Of a stretch of DNA of 64,000 bases, positions 45,067 through 58,410 are shown one piece after another. The stretch's first letter is position 1. Each line of letters starts with the position of its first letter. The notes beneath the pieces were generated by a model. It made no database searches and had not been told where the DNA came from. It saw only the letters and a list, made by a program, of their open reading frames with translations. The stretch covers positions 14,095,265 through 14,159,264 of the forward strand of contig CAJINV010000001.1 in the NCBI GenBank assembly GCA_905178155.1, written 5' to 3'. The position numbers and the translations under genes are program-made. The DNA is from Amoebophrya sp. A120. Its lineage: Eukaryota > Protista > Dinoflagellata.

Positions 45067-45825
45067 GTTGAGCGATTCTATATTATCTTGGCCTTGGCGT
45101 AAGCAACTACAGAAGACTTGGCTCTGCTCTCGCCGTTGCTTACTTCTACTGGGCGAGCTTTTCCGAAAAGGAAAACATGGAGTTAAGAATCTAAATCTTG
45201 CCTTCGCCATCAAGTTGAAGTTCCTTCATTGATTCGCGGTGGAAAAAGTTTCAAACGAAACAGACGACCACTGCTCCATGCGAGTAGCTCCGGCCACATG
45301 AAGAAATGACAACACGACCAGCACGAGCGCAATTACTTCTCGTTCTCTCTCTCTGACACTGACTGGTGTCTCCATATCGACGATACCAAACAAATCAAAA
45401 TTGAACACTGCTCTTCGTAGGAAGATGGATTTTTGAGCGCTTACGTGTAGATGATTGATGCGTATCATCGTTTAGTCCTTTCAACACGAAACGTGATTTG
45501 GATTTCGTCTCGTCTGTACTGTTGTCGCCTGGCGAAACTGCTTCACCAACATCAAAAAGTCGCTACGCATTCATTGGATTCTGGATTATACCAGAACATC
45601 AACATTGTACATGGTTGGGTTGCTATCTATCGTAATACCACCCAAATTAAACTTCTCACTTGAAGATGAAGATGGTGCTCGAGGAGATAATTGTACACTT
45701 CTTGTTCTTCTCAAACTTACATGATCGAAGCGGGTAATGCCCAAAATCTAAATCTTCCACAGAATCAAAATTTACTCATTTTTCGAACTTTCACGAGTCG
45801 GAGGTACTGGCCACTGAGTAACTTG

Positions 45826-46437
45826 TTAAGCGCTACAAGCGTGGTCCTCTGGGTGGCGGTGCTTCAAACAGTACCATTTGCCGCATTTGTGGCAACACAG
45901 ACGCGTTGCGGGGGTGGTTTTGGTTCTGCACTGGGCGCACTTCTGCTGCGGTTGCGCTGCCTGTGGCACGACGCCGTTCTTCGCTCTTGTGTTCGGATTC
46001 AGTTGGTTGAATGCGGCTTTCTGCTGCAGTTCCGACCGTGTCTCCTTACCCAAAAATGGACTCACCGGACGAGGATTCGAATCTAATGATACCTTCGGAT
46101 TGCGCGGCTGCTGCTGGAGGTCCAGCCCCGACCTGTTTAAGTTCTTCGCTTTCTGCTCTGGTCCTAGCTCTCGCTCTCCTTCCGAATTCCATGGACTTTC
46201 GGGCGGCGTCGCCGTGGAGGCGAGCGTCGAGGGACTGCTGGACTCGTCATTCTTCCCGTGCAGAACCCGGGGCGGCCTTGTGCTCTTCGGTCGCGTTTTC
46301 GAAGAGTCACCGAAACGGAACCCACTATTGTTTCTGCAGGACGGGTGTATGTGGATGGGGGTCGTGCTATAGGTTTTTGGGCTTCTGTCCCAGCGCTTTT
46401 TATCACTGCGCGGCGAGGAGGAGGCACAATTCCCCAT
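45826..46437 (-). CDS. AN1-type zinc finger protein with N-terminal acylation motif
   Basis: C-terminal CAQC...CHKCGKWYCLKHRHPEDHAC; N-terminus MGNCAS. Confidence 0.88.
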   Translation of the reverse strand: MGNCASSSPRSDKKRWDRSPKTYSTTPIHIHPSCRNNSGFRFGDSSKTRPKSTRPPRVLHGKNDESSSPSTLASTATPPESPWNSEGERELGPEQKAKNLNRSGLDLQQQPRNPKVSLDSNPRPVSPFLGKETRSELQQKAAFNQLNPNTRAKNGVVPQAAQPQQKCAQCRTKTTPATRLCCHKCGKWYCLKHRHPEDHACSA

Positions 46438-47208
46438 AATAGGCTCTATGAGATGCTGGAGTAGCGGTAGACAAAACAGAAAAAGTCGAGAGGAACTAAA
46501 AAGTAACGCCTACAAGAACTTCGAAATCAACATGATCTGCGAAGTCGAACGCTTCCAAAAGAAGATGAAGACCACTTCATCTGGTTCTGACTGTACTAGT
46601 TTTCCTACAACCTCCAAAACCATACCAACTAAGGTGTTTGCCTGGGTGTATCAAATCAGGGCATCAACTTTGGATACTTTCGAGACGGCAGTGACATAAA
46701 TTTAAATGTCGGCCAAAAAACGATCAAAATAGCATCGCGATCTGGTCTTTGTTGATCATTTTGATGAGCTGGACTTTCTGAGCATGCACCAATTTCTGTC
46801 GTCGTGATCTGGTGCGGAGAGGAGTGCTCGAGTGACGAGAGTGTCAGGTCTACTTCCAGATATTTCCGCGGCTACTTCTGCATGTGATTAGAAGATCATG
46901 ATCTCATGTTTATTGCATATTTTCGGATATAGTTGTGCCGTTCTTCATTCTGAAGTGAAGCGAGGCCGCGGCCTTGTAGACGAACATAGACCTCACGTGT
47001 TCCTGTGTTTCTGGTTGTTGCAGCTTCTTGGAGGCCGCTGCTAAGCTGGTCGGGTGGTTCTTTGAGTCATTTCTTTGCCCACGATGTGCAGAGTAGAGTT
47101 GTTCACCCGCACAGCTTGTTTTCTCGTCGTGCACAGGGGCAGGTACGGGGAAGAGGGCGCAGAGCGGCGCACGGGAAAAAAAGTAGAAATACCTAAAAAA
47201 GGCTTCTT

Positions 47209-50200
47209 CTAGCAACGAAACCCGATAGCCGGCGCTTGAGGAACGGCAATGTAATCGGGTGGCATCCAACGGCTTGTCTGGTATTCTTCCGGATACGGCA
47301 TTTCCTGTGGTACCATCGTTCTCTGCTGTATTTCTATCGCACTTCGGCGGCCAGCAGAGGGTCCGCGCGATGACCCGGCGCTCTGTTATTTATTGGTTGA
47401 GTTGTTGTAGCGACTTTAGTGACAGACAACTACAGCGAGACATCAATAGAAATGCCCAAACACTGAACAGTGGTTTTCAGTCTCGTCATCCCGCTTACAC
47501 TTACCGCAGAAGAAGAAGTTTCACTGATCTCACAATACCTGCGCTTCCACTGCGACGGTCCCGAGCCGCATATCGGGTCGCACGGTCTTGTCCGAAACTC
47601 GGCGAGCGGAGTGCGAACCGGATATACCGCGATTGCCGGCTACTTGGCCGCACAGTGACGAAGCTCCAGAGGAACCCCGGCGGGACTTGCCTCGCGAAGA
47701 GGTGCCTGTATTCCCTCCGTCTCCGCTTGTGCGCGGAGAGTGCTGCTCCGCAGCCCTGGGGTGCGGGGAGCGCACCCGGTTCAGCGACGTGGCTGTGGGG
47801 AGGGTGTAGTTGGCCGGTAATGTGCTCCGCATTGCCGCACGACCAGTGGGGTCTGCGCTCTTTTGCCTGGCATAGTGGGAAGTGTGCGCTGACGTCGCTG
47901 GATGAAGAAGGTGCGGCTGCTGGTCGTGGACCGCAGTTGTAAACCCGAAGCTGCTTGATGGCCCCGGCTGCTGGCGCCAAGCATTGAGGTACATCGGGCC
48001 AGGACAGAAGCCGGCAACCGAATACGTTCTGGTGCTCGTAGACGAGGAGCCCGTTGGGCCGAGAGACGTGCCGTCGAGACCGATGCCTCCAATTTGACCA
48101 AGCTGCAAGGCAGATCCTGAGATCTGCGGCGGGCCCGAGACTGGAATAGTGTTGCTATGGCCACCCGCATTTGCAGTAGATGTAGAACATGCAGGAAAAT
48201 AATTGTACGACCTGCTGTTCCCCCGGGAACGAAATCCAGAGCTTGCGGATGAAGCTGCATATCGCACCGGAGTGGCGTAGCCGCAGGAGAGCGCTGATCT
48301 CACGACCCCACTCAAACTGGTGGTCGAACTCATCGTGACACTGAGCGGTTGAACAACAGGGCCGCGCGCTGCAGTACTAGGGCCTCCGAAGCAGGCCGCA
48401 TAGGTTACGGAGGTAGGCTTGGCAGCAGAAGCAACTATTTGGTCTTGCGCTGGGCGTGCTGCGGTCGTCTGGGGCGCAAAGAAATCCGGGTTGGTTGGCG
48501 GCTCCGGTACATCAACTTCGACTGTGGTTTGTTCTATCGTGGGCGACTTCTGGCCGTCGCGGAAGGTGAAATTCGGCTGCGTCGCTCTTCTTGCAGGCGC
48601 GTTGTAATAGGGAATCGGTGCGGGAAGGGCACTAGGGCGAGGCGGCGAAACTGCGCCAGATCCGAGATCGCTCCAGCTCGGGATATGGCCAGACGGATCC
48701 GGGCTGCCGGAACGCGTTGCGTGCAACGCAAGGTCCTGCGGGGCAGCTGCGCCGAAGGTTGGCGACAAGTTTTGCACCATGTGCTGCGCGGACGCCAAGG
48801 CGGCGCTACTCTTGCTGGAAGATCTGCTGAAGGAGGGAACTTGCGTTACGGCGGGCGGACAGGCAAGGTGGTTCGGGGTCTGTGGGTTAAAATAGGGTCG
48901 CCTTGTTTGCAGTGGCGATCCTCACTTAAATGAGATTGAAAATCACGCTCCTGAGTCGTAAAAACGTTTAGAACAACTCGAACTCGCGAGTCAAACATAA
49001 GGACAAACCAACATGGTGAGCCTCTACTAGACGAGACAAAGAAGACCAGCGGATGCACCTAGCGTAGGCACACGAAGCGATACATATACGTACCCGCGTT
49101 CCCGTCCCTGTAGGCGCTGCACAGTAGTTGACAAGTGCAAGTTTCTCGACGCTGTGCGACGTTCGTTTTCCCTTCCTGGATTGGTCAGCTCCTATCTCAT
49201 ACGTCGATTCCGGGGCGGTGATCTGGGAGGGAGCAGTGAACTGCGGAGTGGTCGCAATTGGGATGCTCTTTTGCCTCATGCCACTGGAGGTTGAGGGGTA
49301 GCGCGAGCCAATAAACGGCAGAGGACCTGTGTTTGTGTATTGGCAACGGATCCTCATCTCGCTCGAAGGAGCGGATTTTTCTTCTTCTAGTTTCATCTCT
49401 AGTCTTTCTCCAAGCTTCAACTTCAATAGAATTACTTACCTGGCGCGTCGCCGGCCAACGGCGCAGCTTCAGGGGGCACCAGTTCCCATGAGTTTCGCGT
49501 GGGGCTAGTGCGCACAATCTCCACGCCTGGAGAGCAGCCCGGGTTTCCACCGAAGCTGAAAGGCGAGGAGTCGATGGAGCGTTCTGCAGATCCTGGCAAC
49601 ATTGGAAAGCCGACCTTGAGTGGCTGCGGCGGTGGACTGCTAACAGTTGGGCTCGTCGCCGCGCCGAACGGGCCGACCAGCATTGGTGTCGCAGATGACG
49701 AAAGAGGCGGCGGCGGTACCAGCTTTACCTGCCGATCGAAGGTCAAGCCCGGCTGTGAGCCATTCGATCCGGAAAGTAGAGGAGCCTCAGCAGAAGCATA
49801 CGGATGTTGATATGATCCTTCGCCGGCTGAGACCGAATTCGACTGCTCGGTGTACGAGTATGTGTCCAGGGGGCTTGCCGTGTCCACGGTATCCCCGCCG
49901 GGAGATAATTGACTAGCTCGGCCTGGGTACTGCGCTAGCTGCATTTGCGCCGCACTGGTCTTTTTGCCCCCGAACCCGAGATGAGAAGCTATGCCTGGAG
50001 GAGGCGCAGCTGTAACACTCCCCAGCGGACTGCGTAATCTCGTGGCGTATTGTTTCCGTTTGTTTTCGAGCGGCGACAGGGATTTTTCCTGGACCTTGGC
50101 GCTCGAGTAGCCGCCTTGCGGTGCACCCTGACTATATGCGAGATGCGCCCGCGCGGAAAGCTGTTCCTGCGTGAAATTCATATCGGTACTTTCGCGCAGG

Positions 50201-53200
50201 AAGGATTGACAACTTGTTCGGAGCAGCGTCGACGCTGGAATCGGACCTCGGAAATTGTACTTCGTGTCGTGGCGGCCGCTGAAGGCACAACTTGGAGTCG
50301 TGTCGTACTCGAACGACGGCGCTACGGAACTTGGATCGTCGGTGTCTTTTCGAAGCTCTTCCGAGTCAAGAAATCTTCCGTCTGTTCCACTGCTGAAAGA
50401 TCCGAAATTCTGCTGTTGTCCGTATGGCATGTTCGAGGTTGATGAAACTGAGCCCGAAGAAGCGGAGCTGCCGTTGTATGTTGAGCTACCCATAATTTTG
50501 TTAGCACAACTCCGCTTGTTGAGAAACGAGTTCGCCATCGCTGGCGTTCCGCTTTTCGCCCCTCCTCTTTGCTTCTCGACGCTGCAAAAGCCACCGCCCG
50601 GCGCGTACCTACCGGTGCGCGGCACGACGCGATTCTCGGCTTCGGTTCCTGACTGCGCGACTTTCGCGCGCGGCTGTGCGAGCTTCTCCAAGCGTCGTTT
50701 GTCGACGCCGCGCCTTTCCATGGGGGCAGCGCCACTTTTGTTCGTGGTAGAGGACAACACTCCTCCTCCCGGTGTCGCGACACTTCGCACTGTGCTGCCT
50801 TTCTGCATCTTTCCCGCTGCAGCACGGGCCCCACCAGCAGCAGCTATGCCACCACTTCTGGTCGTGCACGTCGACGCAGAGCTGTTTGACAGCGGAGACT
50901 TGATCCTTCCGCCCACCTGATTATACAATCGGCGCGCTCTGCTAGTCGCCGTTTCCCGCACACGAACGTTGAAGCTGTTGCTGGCGGCCACGGTGCTACG
51001 GCTAAGGGACGCGCCAGATTGCATGTGGTGCTGCTGGTTCTGTCCGATACCCTGGCTGCGCGAAGGAGCGCGAAATGCGTAGGACGGAATTATCGTGTTG
51101 GTCGAGGACGATGAGCTGTTTTTGGAGGACGCCCCCGTCGATGAGCCTGAATTCGTGCCATCAACACCTGAGCTCACGTGCTCAGGGTCGTGTACATTTT
51201 GATCGTGCGCTCCTGTTGATGTGGTAAACGATTCACCGCTTCCTCCTCCGGTGGCCATTTTCTTGATGCTCCGCTGCGTCGCACTCAGAAGGTCGGCGGT
51301 CGAGTTGTGTTGCGAGTGCCGCGAGAGTTGCGACGAGCGGCTCGTACTCGATGGCAGCAGGCCCGAACTTCGCATTCTTTCAAAATCCTCCAGCACTGTC
51401 GACGCTAGTGTTTCAGCACGGGTCACGCGACGCACCAGCTCTCTATCGACGGTTGGAGCGTGCTTCTGCTGGTTCACGTTATTTCCCTCACCTGCTACGA
51501 CTGTTGAGGAGCGGCTGGCAGCGAGCGGCAGCGCGGTGAGGTTCGTGCCTGTTCGCGAGGCGGCTCTTGAACGCGGCAACGGATCGTAACCACGCCGCAG
51601 TTGTAATTCGCCACTTACAACTGCTATCCTTGTCGTACTAGACCGCTCATCAGCATTGCTCGGTAGCGTCATGTCTGGCGGATGCGCGCGGGGAATCTCG
51701 TCTTCTGCGAACTCCCCCAGCCCGCTATCCTCGTTGTTTTTCTCGTCTACTGATGTTGCCCGTGGCAAAAATGCCGTCGCCTCCATTTCGGCCCCGGTGG
51801 TGGACGTGGAAGGCTCATTCGCTGCAGCGATGTCCTGCTCCGCATCGGCAACCTGAACGAGCTCGCTTACAGAAAGCGACGTAGCGCTGAGCATTTGCCG
51901 CATTTCCAGCATGGTTTCCTCCACGCAAGGCTCAGGGTCCTCTTCGACCACATGCTGGATCTCTGCTTCATTTGGTAGAGGAGGGGGTCCAAGCTCGCTC
52001 AGCTGTTCGCTGCACTGGGAAACGCCATCCTCTCCTGGAGCAGCCAACTCGACTTTTTGTTTTTCGGGTGCACTGAGGTGGACAAGAGATGTTTCAACAT
52101 AATGCTCAGATATCTCTACCGTCTCCAGGATCTTTCTCTCCGCTTTTGGCGGTGTTGTTGACCGAGACTGCACTACAACTGCATCTCCAATAATGTCGTG
52201 GTCCCGTGAGGAGCCGACGAGCACGGTATCTGCTTCCTCCTCCCGCCCGATCACAATGGAACTATTCACAACAAGAGTCGACGGCTCTCGCGACGTCGAA
52301 GTGCCAGCCGGAGTTGGAGATGCTGCCACAACGAAAGTAGTAATCGCCTCGTCGTCGCCGGCAGGGGCGGGAAAGCGTGACATCGAGGACCGCGAGGAGC
52401 TTCCGCTACTCGACGACGAAGTCTGCACTACGGTCTCCGAGCTCGACGCAGAGCGATGCTCAAACGGTGACGGCATGCTTTGATCCAGCATTTGCGCTTG
52501 CTTTTGTGCTAGTTGTCGTGGCGTCGAGTCCGCTGAAAGCGCAAAGGTCGTCGAGCCGTTCATCAGATGGGAGGCCTCGTCCACGACCTGTGGCGCGCCA
52601 GCGCTGTCAGTGGCGCCTGTGCCTGTCGCATTAGTCGTCATGATATTTTTCTGGCTCGCCCCGACCACCGCGTGCTCCGACGGTTCTTCCTGTTCTGCAT
52701 GTCCTGCGGGGCCTCCCTGACAGATGGCGTCGTCAATCGCTGGCACTGCGCTTTCGCCCGTTTGTGGGGAATGGAAGGTGCTGCTGCACATGGCGGGGGT
52801 ATTCCACATTGTTGCAGAAGTTACTTCTGCAGAAGGCGCTCCTGCACCGCCGACGGGTCTCACCAAGTGCGGTGGTATTTGCGCCTTTCCACTTGACCTT
52901 GGCCCGGGAATTTTTTTCTTCCTGCCATCGCGAAAACTAGTTTCGCTGCGACCATTGCCCCTCGATATGGTGATGTTCTTGCTGATCTCTACGCGCGCCA
53001 CGTCCGGACTGCTGCTACTACTGGCCACGCTGTTCTGACTCCTCCGAATGCGGTCCTCCCACTGTTGCAACCGGTCGCACACGGGCACGCTTTCTTGTGC
53101 CTGCTGCGTTGTACTGGAGCCAGTGGTGGACGATGTTACCTCCGCGATTTCGCCTTCCTTTGGTTCGTCCGGAGTGACGTCTTCAGTTGTGGCAGCTTCA

Positions 53201-54195
53201 TGCGTCGACACCAAATTTCGCACCGATGCGGTGAGCACATCTTCGTGCTCAGAAACCGTATCTGCGAAGTCTGCCTGCACCCCCTGCTCCTTCGCAGCAT
53301 CAGCGGAAGGAGCTTTGTAGTTTTCATCGTCCTGCAAAAATGAACTAACTATGCGCCCCACCTCAGCCAGGAGCTCTTGCGTGAAGGCAGTCGCCGCGAC
53401 TTCGTCCGGGGACTCTGCTGAGATGCCGTCGGAAGACTGCCTCACATCTTCTAGATTTTCATCTGCTACAACGTCGTTGAGCGTTACCTCGACGTTTGGA
53501 AGCTCGATATGGAGTGACGGAGTGCTTGCGGGAGGTTTTTCTCCACCGACGTTCCCCCTCGCGCTCGCCCCCTGCTCAAGCAAAAGTGCCGCTTTCTTTT
53601 CTCGTTCGCGCGCTTTCCGCGCTTGTCGTCTGCGCTTCTTTGCGTTTGCCCGGACCGTAGCGAGATCTGCATTCACGGGCGTCGTGTCGCCTGCGTCGAC
53701 GTAATTTGTGGGCGTTGTATCCGGACGAGAAATTGGTGTCTCGTCGGCTTCTGGTGTGACCTGGTAGGGTGTTGTTTCTCTCATGGATCAAGCGGAATCT
53801 GAGTCGGCTGATGTCTGTTGCTACAGTTACGTCACCTCTAGAAAGAAGCATTGATACACATGCACATGCTGATGCTCCGGCCACAAGAGTAAATTCAACA
53901 ATTTGTTTTCTCATCAAAGTAGGAGTTTGATTTTCAAGCGTGATACCAGGAGCGTCCCGCTGACTTCCTCATTGTCCGAGAAATCCAGGCGTTGCACAAC
54001 AGAAGACGTCGGCGCCGCACAAGCCACTGTACCTTGGAGATTTTCTTCAAACGCCGATAGTTCTTCGCTGCAGAGAACCTCCGCTGCTGTGAGCAGTTGG
54101 GACTGGCCCTTCGAGGACGATAGCCGTCGCGGCTCCTCGTCCTCTGTTGCTTCGGGTACTTGTTCCCTTGGGAAAGATGACCCGCCTGCCGTCAT
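47209..54195 (-). CDS. Very large low-complexity S/T/P-rich protein (~2100 aa; exons 54195-53947, 53760-49440, 49326-49094, 48879-47539, 47382-47209)
   Basis: 1450-aa and 422-aa ORFs plus smaller ones join in frame through GT-AG introns (6318 nt). No folded domain recognised; exon joins are inferred. Confidence 0.6.
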
Positions 54196-55008
54196 AGTTC
54201 GCCGGAATCGTTGTCGACGACCAACCTTATTCTATGCTCGACGTTTTTTTGATACTACCACAAGAACTGCTACGTCAGGGCCAAATGAGCGCGAATAAAT
54301 ACGAAATTGTCAGTTCGTGAAGATGACTTGATGATCATCATCATAGAAGTAGTCTGTAGTCACAGAGGACTTCGTTGTTGCTACACAGACGAATATGGCC
54401 ATAGATACGCCGATTTTTCGCCTTACTTTTCCATTCAGGCTTTAACTTTATATATTGGATGATCAACATTCTCGACGGGCAGGATAAGCCCTCTGATCTT
54501 GCTTCCGGTTGTTGTCGTTTCCTTTCCGCTCTTGTGGTGGGGCTTGTTCTATCTCCACCTGCAGGAAGGCACTTCTATTTCGCTTCTTCAGTTCTTCTTC
54601 TTGTTCAGAATCAGAACTTACTCTCGACAACGAGAACCGTGAATGAACTGACGAAAACTCAGTAAGCTAAACGATTGATACTGGAACAACAAGTGCAAAT
54701 CCAACATATCGTTTCTCTGGCTAACAGAAGAACACTGCACAGATCACGACGATCTCCGAAGATAGATTGAAGTAGGTGCAGAAGTAGTTATGCTCGAAAT
54801 CCGGAAGCAACATCGCGCTCGAGAAGTTTCAGATTGTCAAACAGAGTCCAAGTAGGCTGGGGGGGGGGATTTTTGCTAGTGCAATTCTTTCCCGAACAAA
54901 GCAAGTAGAGTTCGTCGAGACAGAAGGGTTCACGCTGCACTACGAGTGGCGTGCTCGTCCACCAATCCAAAGGAAGAGCGCATCAAAATTATGTAGTATT
55001 TGCATTGG

Positions 55009-55383
55009 TCACGCTCCCGCAACCGCGTATCTCCCGATTGGTGCGGGTGGCTGCTTGTAGTCGAACACGGAATTTCTCGTGTGCCGCTGCAGGAACCAAT
55101 TTTTCGCCTCCGCTGGCCTCTGCTCGAGAGGTAGGCGGGCAATCCGGCGGCACGTGGAAATGTCCTCGAGTGCCTTGAAGTACGCTGCGCTGGTGTAGGA
55201 TTTTGAGTCGGAATACTGCCAATGCATGTAGTAACGGCAATCGACGAGCTGGCGAAGCTTGAACCAGTAATCAGTGCATGGAAAGTCCGCCTGTTCCCGC
55301 AAATGCTCGAACTGCGGCACTTTTCCATACCAAGCGTGGAAATGCGCAAAGTCGTCCGGGATCGCGTTGGTGCGCAACGTCAT
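55009..55383 (-). CDS. Small protein (124 aa), weakly DUF3128/UPF0545-like
   Basis: Compact ORF with C..YW...C.YY...C..SVFDYK.PP pattern; family assignment tentative. Confidence 0.55.
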   Translation of the reverse strand: MTLRTNAIPDDFAHFHAWYGKVPQFEHLREQADFPCTDYWFKLRQLVDCRYYMHWQYSDSKSYTSAAYFKALEDISTCRRIARLPLEQRPAEAKNWFLQRHTRNSVFDYKQPPAPIGRYAVAGA

Positions 55384-55712
55384 GGCTCCTTTGGAATCTT
55401 TTCATCAATTGACTCACATCTGCGGTCGCGACCCTTGCGCGTTCGTTTGTGCCTGGATTTCTTAAGCCACGCTAGGTATTCAGAAAGACAGATCGCGCTC
55501 CAGTTCAAACTTCACTCGCCAATGTCACAAAAGTAGTGTACGTAGAATCATAATCAGATTGAGAAGATAGGAAGAAGCAACAAATGCATGACTGTGCCGC
55601 AAATGATGCAAAGAAATGAAAAGTGACGACCGGAAGAAATTCTGAAGTTGTTGATCTCAGAATCGCAATGGAGCGGGAACGGGAACGACCAGTTAGATGT
55701 AAAACTTCCACT

Positions 55713-55760
55713 AAGCGTGGAAGTTCGCAAACTCGTCCGAAAATGTGTTGGCGCACAACG
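55713..55760 (-). pseudogene. Degenerate copy of the 5' end of the 124-aa gene
   Basis: 38/48 nt identity to 55332-55379; reads LPLCANTFSDEFANFHA* versus MTLRTNAIPDDFAHFHAW. Confidence 0.65.
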
Positions 55761-56024
55761 GCAAACGCAATGTCCTGATCTTTGTGCGGCCCATGCAGGT
55801 GAGCAATCACTGACTTGTTGTTCTACTTTGCATTTATACAAATGGAGCCAGTCGGAGGAGAAAAAAAACAAAAAATAAACATCACACCTCATCGATTAGT
55901 CGATTTCCTGTGTTCGGCCCTTTTAGCATTAATTTTCCGGAATCAGTGCTATTCGTCGTTCTTCATCTTCTGGATTGTTTACTGCTGCAGTTCAATTTCA
56001 AAGTAGAAGTATTTGGCTTCAGTA

Positions 56025-57425
56025 TCACCAGCGAACCGTGAAAGCAAAGCGGAACTCCATATTATGTTCGAAAGTGAAGCCTTTGTCTTCGAAATACTTG
56101 CGGACTCCCAACATAGTGGCGTCATTTCTTGACGCGCGATTACGTTTGGTGTTCCTAACGAAGTGCATTGCATTTGCGATTTCCTTCTTTCGCTGCGTTT
56201 CCCATTCGTCACTGCTGCAAATGATGTCTTCGATCTTGCTCCCCCACATATCTGGAGCCTCGAAGGTCAGAGATTGCTTGCCGAGCCTGACAAAAAACGC
56301 GACGTTCCCCGTTTTCCAAAGTTTTTGTTTGTCTTCCGTCCACCCAATTATCCCATTCAGCTGGGATTTGCGTGTGGTTGCCTTAGCTACATCGAAGCAC
56401 TGCCCCAACAACGGACCGAGCATTTCATGTAAGTCCCGGACGCGTTTTGTTGTAGCAAGATGGGCCAGATATCGAGGGTTCAGAATAACGCTTGCAATCG
56501 GTCGCAGAAATTTGTGGATGTGCAAAAACAGTTCCGTTGGCAGATGTTTCTGCAGACGACCACCTGACTGACGCCGCACGACAGCCATCCAAGACCGGAG
56601 CTGCTCTTGCACGATTGCGGACCTCGTTCCGTCTGTGGCACGGTACGACACAAATCTGGCTTGCATGGCGCTGGTTGTGCCCACGGTCGGAGGAAAATGG
56701 GCGGCATCGTCGATGTCACCGACGACTTCCCATCCCTCGAGAAACTGTCCAGGTTTGTGCAGGGGCGGAGTTTCAAGTTGCGGTGGCTCCTGTTCTGGGG
56801 GTTGCGCTCCGTCGTTGACAGCTCTGTCGTTTGCAACCGGAGGAGGTGGCGCTGCTCTACCCGCGGCCCCAGGGAGGTTCTTTAGCTTTTTATTTTCTTC
56901 TACCGGAAACCAGGTAAAGTGTGTTGCTTTGCTCTTCCAAGTAGCCGCGTCAACCTCCCACACAAAGTAGCCTCGTTTCGCAGCCGCAGCACAAGCAGTA
57001 TGCAATCCCATACACCTCTCCAACTGCCTGATCTCGTCCGCGAGCTCTCGACCTTTCGCTAGAACCTCCGCCGCTTTTGACGGATCCTTTTCTATGGTTC
57101 GTCGGTCTTCTTCCGCCTCGACGGCTGCTCGTTCTTGTAGTCGTGCAAGGCAACGACGAACATTATGCTCAACCCAGGCTCCATACGTCGGTGAAAGCTC
57201 CGCGTGCAACCCAGAATGCCACTTTTCTGCTTCTTTGCGCCGTGTGGGCAGTCCCGCTCCTTCTCCTCCTGCGTCTACCATGCTCTGTATTACGATAAAT
57301 GCGCGACCCTCGGCATGATCCAGGAAAGTTGCGAAAAATTCGAAAAAGTTTTCCAGATATTGACCTCCTCGCAGACCACACAAGTCTGATCGAACAAAGA
57401 AGAACCGGCGCTGGTAGTGAATCAC
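56025..57425 (-). CDS. Hypothetical protein with internal F-box-like motif
   Basis: 466-aa ORF (probable start MVDAGG); LQKHLPTELFLHIHKFL resembles the F-box core LPxELxxxIxxxL. Confidence 0.6.
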   Translation of the reverse strand: MIHYQRRFFFVRSDLCGLRGGQYLENFFEFFATFLDHAEGRAFIVIQSMVDAGGEGAGLPTRRKEAEKWHSGLHAELSPTYGAWVEHNVRRCLARLQERAAVEAEEDRRTIEKDPSKAAEVLAKGRELADEIRQLERCMGLHTACAAAAKRGYFVWEVDAATWKSKATHFTWFPVEENKKLKNLPGAAGRAAPPPPVANDRAVNDGAQPPEQEPPQLETPPLHKPGQFLEGWEVVGDIDDAAHFPPTVGTTSAMQARFVSYRATDGTRSAIVQEQLRSWMAVVRRQSGGRLQKHLPTELFLHIHKFLRPIASVILNPRYLAHLATTKRVRDLHEMLGPLLGQCFDVAKATTRKSQLNGIIGWTEDKQKLWKTGNVAFFVRLGKQSLTFEAPDMWGSKIEDIICSSDEWETQRKKEIANAMHFVRNTKRNRASRNDATMLGVRKYFEDKGFTFEHNMEFRFAFTVRW

Positions 57426-58410
57426 TTATCTATCGCTGCAATCAATAGTCAAGCATGAAGGCGCATAGAAAACCTCGTAGACTAAAGTGAATAGCACCCA
57501 TGTATTAAGTTCACCTAGAGCTTTCGTACTAGATGCTTTGCTTTTACACTATTGCAGGTCTAGTGCGAATCTATCACTATCTTCAGATCCTCGGCACTTC
57601 TACAACCGCCGCTTGGTGAGTACATCTCTTCTGATGTTGATGATCGCGAGCACGTCGACCACAAACATTGACCAAGACCAAAAGCGTATCTTAAGCTGCT
57701 TTTTCTTCTCTGCGAAGCAAAACAAAACATCCAATCTCGGACGACTTGGACCAGGAGCTTCCTTCCTAATCGTCATTGTCTTTTCTTTTCATTTCCTCAC
57801 AAGGAGTTATACACGTAAAGTGAGAGATGAAGTGTAGAAGTTAGTGTTGGAACACATTGGTGGAGCGGGTGGAATTGTTTCCCTACCTGCTTGTGGAAAG
57901 CCAAAGCCCAGACACTTGCATCACTTTACTATGTCGCTCTCGTTTATTTTGTTCACTAGCATGATGATTCAAGTGGTTTGTGTTGTGCCGTCAATCATAT
58001 TTAAAACTATGTCGATCATGGTGATGCGCTGTTTCAAAGGAAACACATCGTGCGTCACTGTGGAAACTACTCGAAGAAAGAGACAGAATGACAACTTCTG
58101 CACTGAAGAGTCGAATGCATTTGGAAATTCTAAACTGCAGGCTGCGCCGCCTCGCAGTGTCGTGGCTTTCTACTTTTGTGCCTACATGATATCTCGAGTT
58201 TTTCCTCGAAGCGCTGAGCGGCGCGTTATCGAACAGAAAAGTGCTTCCCGCCTTCACTATGATGACTGACATGTGCGCAGTGCAGCCTCTGCATAGTGCC
58301 GTTGCATTTCCAGGGGAACTAGGTCGCAATAGTGTAGTTCAATAACACTTTATCCCTTAGTTAACGCGAATCTTCATGCTGTTGTCACAACTGGCAGCCA
58401 CTTTTTGCCT

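Noticed and set aside
6067-58390. TGTCAC/GTGACA as a promoter motif in intergenic regions
   Set aside because: About a dozen copies seen, close to the chance expectation for a 6-mer.
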